DNA of 64,000 nucleotides from Raillietiella orientalis (Eukaryota): NCBI GenBank assembly GCA_036172245.1, contig JAYWIR010000021.1, positions 3,038,001 to 3,102,000 of the forward strand, read 5' to 3'. Shown piece by piece: positions 61,101 to 64,000 of this stretch (position 1 is its first letter; each line of letters starts with the position of its first letter). The notes under the pieces were generated by a model. It saw only the letters and a program-made list of their open reading frames with translations, ran no database searches and was not told where the DNA came from. The position numbers and the translations under genes were made by a program.

Positions 61101-64000
61101 CATCCACTCCGCCGTGAACCCGCTGCGCCCGTCCGCTGCCGCGCCCCGGCGGGGTCGCATCTGGCGCGCGCGAACGCGCGCGCTCCTTCCGAGGTCGTCG
61201 CCGGTCCTGCGGCCTCGGTCCTCTCTGCTCTCGAAGCCTCTCGGAGGAAGCAGGCGGTTCCCTAGGAAACCCACTTCTCAGAAGGGGAAGGGGGGAAGAG
61301 GAGGAGATTTGCCGGTGTCCTTACGGCTTCGGTAGGAAACGTTAGGCGGCGGCGAGGTCGTACGCGGGACCGGTCAGTCGACGCCCTCACGACAGCACGC
61401 GCAGAAGGCAGCCAGGGACGTGCATGGCCTGGGCGGCCCCTTAAGGCTCTCCCGCGGCTCCACGTCAGCGCACCTCCCCTAGCGTCAGGGGGTGAGTTTC
61501 TCAAGCAGCGGTTGGCACTGTGGGCATCGGTCAAGCGGCCCATTCCGAACAGGCGGCTGGGGAACCCGCGTGCTCTTCCTTGATCCCAGGAAAGGGGGCA
61601 GGTGTGTTTCGATTCCCTTCGGCAGCGGCTTCGAGGGAGGAGAGATAGAGCGAAAAAAATGGGGAGTAGGGCGAGAGGAGAAGGGACAGAGCGTGGAACC
61701 ACTCTGTATCTGTGCTCCGCGTAGCGCGAAACAGAACGGGGCAGCTGCTGACCCTTGGAAATCTCCGTGGAGAGGCGCAAAGCGGCAGAGCTCCTGACCA
61801 AAGGCTCTCGGCTCCAGGAAGAGGCTGGGATGTCCTAACTTCCCGACCAGTCTCGCGCAGCAACCCTCCGGAAGGCACGGAAGTCAAAGTTTGTGGAGCT
61901 CCTCCTCGAACGTCCCCGACTGTGGATGCCCTCGCGCCGGACACTGCCCTTCCTCCTCCATTCCTTCCTTGCCAAGGGGCGATCACCTGCTGGCGCAGAG
62001 GGAAAGGCGGCTCGCTCTCCCGAGCGCCCTCGTTCCGGGAGTCCGCGAGCTGCGACCCAGCCGCCCAGGTCAGGGACGCTGCCGCGCCCCACGATCTTTC
62101 AGGCTAGCAGAAGAGGCGGCCGACCCCTTCTCCTCTCGCTCCCGCCCTCTTCTTTCCACGGTTCCCTCTCCAGATTCGTGAATGCGCGCGCAACGTCGGT
62201 CGCATCCCTCTCAGCCGCGTGGCTGCTGACCCTGAAGGGAGGGCGGAGTCCCGTGCGGGCGTGATTTGCGGCGTGCGGCGCCGACGCGCCCGCGCCCGCG
62301 TGCGACGTGCACGCGTGTGCGTGCGTGAGTGCCGGGAATTCCGCTCCTCGAGGTCTTGCACGAGAGGAGAAGAGGAAGGGAGAGAGGGAGGGGGAGAAGG
62401 AAGGGAGGAGGAAAAGGAGGATGCGCCCATCTGAAGGACAGCAATCCGCCGGGAGCGACGTGAGTGACGCCGTGACTTCGCCGAGGTAGTCAAGGCCCAT
62501 CGGTCCTTTCGGCACTGTGCGGATAGACCCTCTGGAGAGGAGACGGGACGCCGGCCTTCCGGGTCCCTTCGCATCTCCCTCACACTGGATTTCGTCTCTC
62601 TGAAGCGTTCCTTGAAGGGGAAGGAGCGACCCGACGGAGACCTCTCGGTGAGGGACTTCGATTTCGGGGGATGCTGACCCTTTTCGGGCGGAGCTAGCGA
62701 ACCGCCGCAAATCGGAGGCGTAGGGACCGCAAGAGGGAACACTCCATGGAGGAAGAGAACAGGAAGTGGAAGAACTCCATCCAGAACATCGGAAACGATC
62801 CCGGAAAATTTTTTTCCCGCCATCTCCCCCTGTACGGCGCCGCCTCCCGGCGTTCGTGCCCTTTGCCCCTGGTGCGATTTCCGTGTGGGGCGCGCGCACT
62901 TTCCACCGAGGTCGCGAGGGTAGGGAGGTCGAATCCGTCTGCCTCTCGTGCCGGATCCTGACCCAGTCTCCCGGGACACGGCGAGGTGGGGAAGCATCGC
63001 ACGAGACAGGGAGGGAGGAAGCAGGGAAGAAAGGTTTCGAGCATTCCGAGGGTCCCCTCTCGCCTCCCCTGGGGAGGTCGGCCCTCGCGCACTGTCTCGG
63101 GACGGATCCGTCCCGCTGGTGAACGGGGGCGCCCTCCCCATGTCAGCGCTGTGGGGGAGCGAGACGACGGCGGGTCCTTGGCAACGAAACCGCCGCGATG
63201 ATTTATGGCGCGAGTACCAGGACGCACCCGTCCGTGGAGCGCGCCGCTTCCGGGAACGCGCGTAGAAAAAGAAGCTCTCGCTCGAGTAATCCATAATCAT
63301 CCTGGCACCTTATTATTAGTAGCGGTGCTTTCTACCCCCGCTTCTCCCTCCCTTCCCCTCCACCCCTCTTCTCGCCGCTTCGGCATCCCTCAGCGCGTTT
63401 TCCTTTCGGTTCCACTGGTTCCTCCTGGAGAGAATTTCCACCAGGCATCTGCCTTAACCACACGACGCGAGGTCCAAATGACCGTAATAACAGCGATAAG
63501 AACGGCGCGGCCGGTTCATCATCGTGTCGACTCGGATGCAATTACAGTAATCTTTCCTGGACCGCTTTCAGCAGTTGCGAAGCACAAAGGAGGAATCGCA
63601 GGCGAAATTCCGAATTAGAAGGGACATGCGCAAGAAGTGTGCTCCGCGGCAAGAAAAAAAGGCCACCGCGAGAGGGAGGCAGAGAGAAGAGGAGAGAGGA
63701 AGGGAAGGGAAAGGAAGAGCGAAGGAGATGCACTCGCAAACGCGCGTGAGACTGCGGCGCCACGGCCCGCGCCCGCTTCCCGCGGGGCGAGAGCGCCTGC
63801 GACGACGGCGGATGTCGGGACGGCCTGCGGGACGACGGACGAACGCGGGGAGCACGCGCTGCTCCTGCCGCGGGCGCCCCGCCCGCGCGTCCCCTGTTTC
63901 GCCACAGAGAGCAGCCTCCCTGCTCCTCTTCTTCGCGCGAGGATCCGCAACGCCGCCCTTTCCGAGTCGAGCCGCCGTCGCTCTTGGGCCTCGTCCCCGC

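Overview
Eukaryotic (invertebrate animal) genomic DNA; most of the supplied ORF track is spurious. The AT-rich left end holds the first coding exon of mitochondrial ribosomal protein L28 (- strand) and a complete 13-exon MSH3 gene (+ strand, 3646-7392). The last two coding exons of a COUP-TF/seven-up (NR2F) nuclear receptor lie on the - strand at 38627-39162, with no further exon found up to the window end. The main discovery is in the GC-rich, apparently non-coding DNA from about 7.65 kb to 37 kb, continuing more faintly inside the NR2F intron. Manual translation of the - strand across stops and frameshifts shows many decayed copies of influenza-like (Orthomyxoviridae/Articulavirales) segments: PB2, PB1, PA, NP, M1 and probably NS. 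All are in the same orientation, often abut head-to-tail, and occur as several mutually divergent copies. A better-preserved unidentified ORF pair with an NS/M-type splice architecture lies at 36003-36935. The viral calls rest on collinear short motif matches, made by eye, to influenza A proteins recalled from memory. No database search was run and relic boundaries are approximate.
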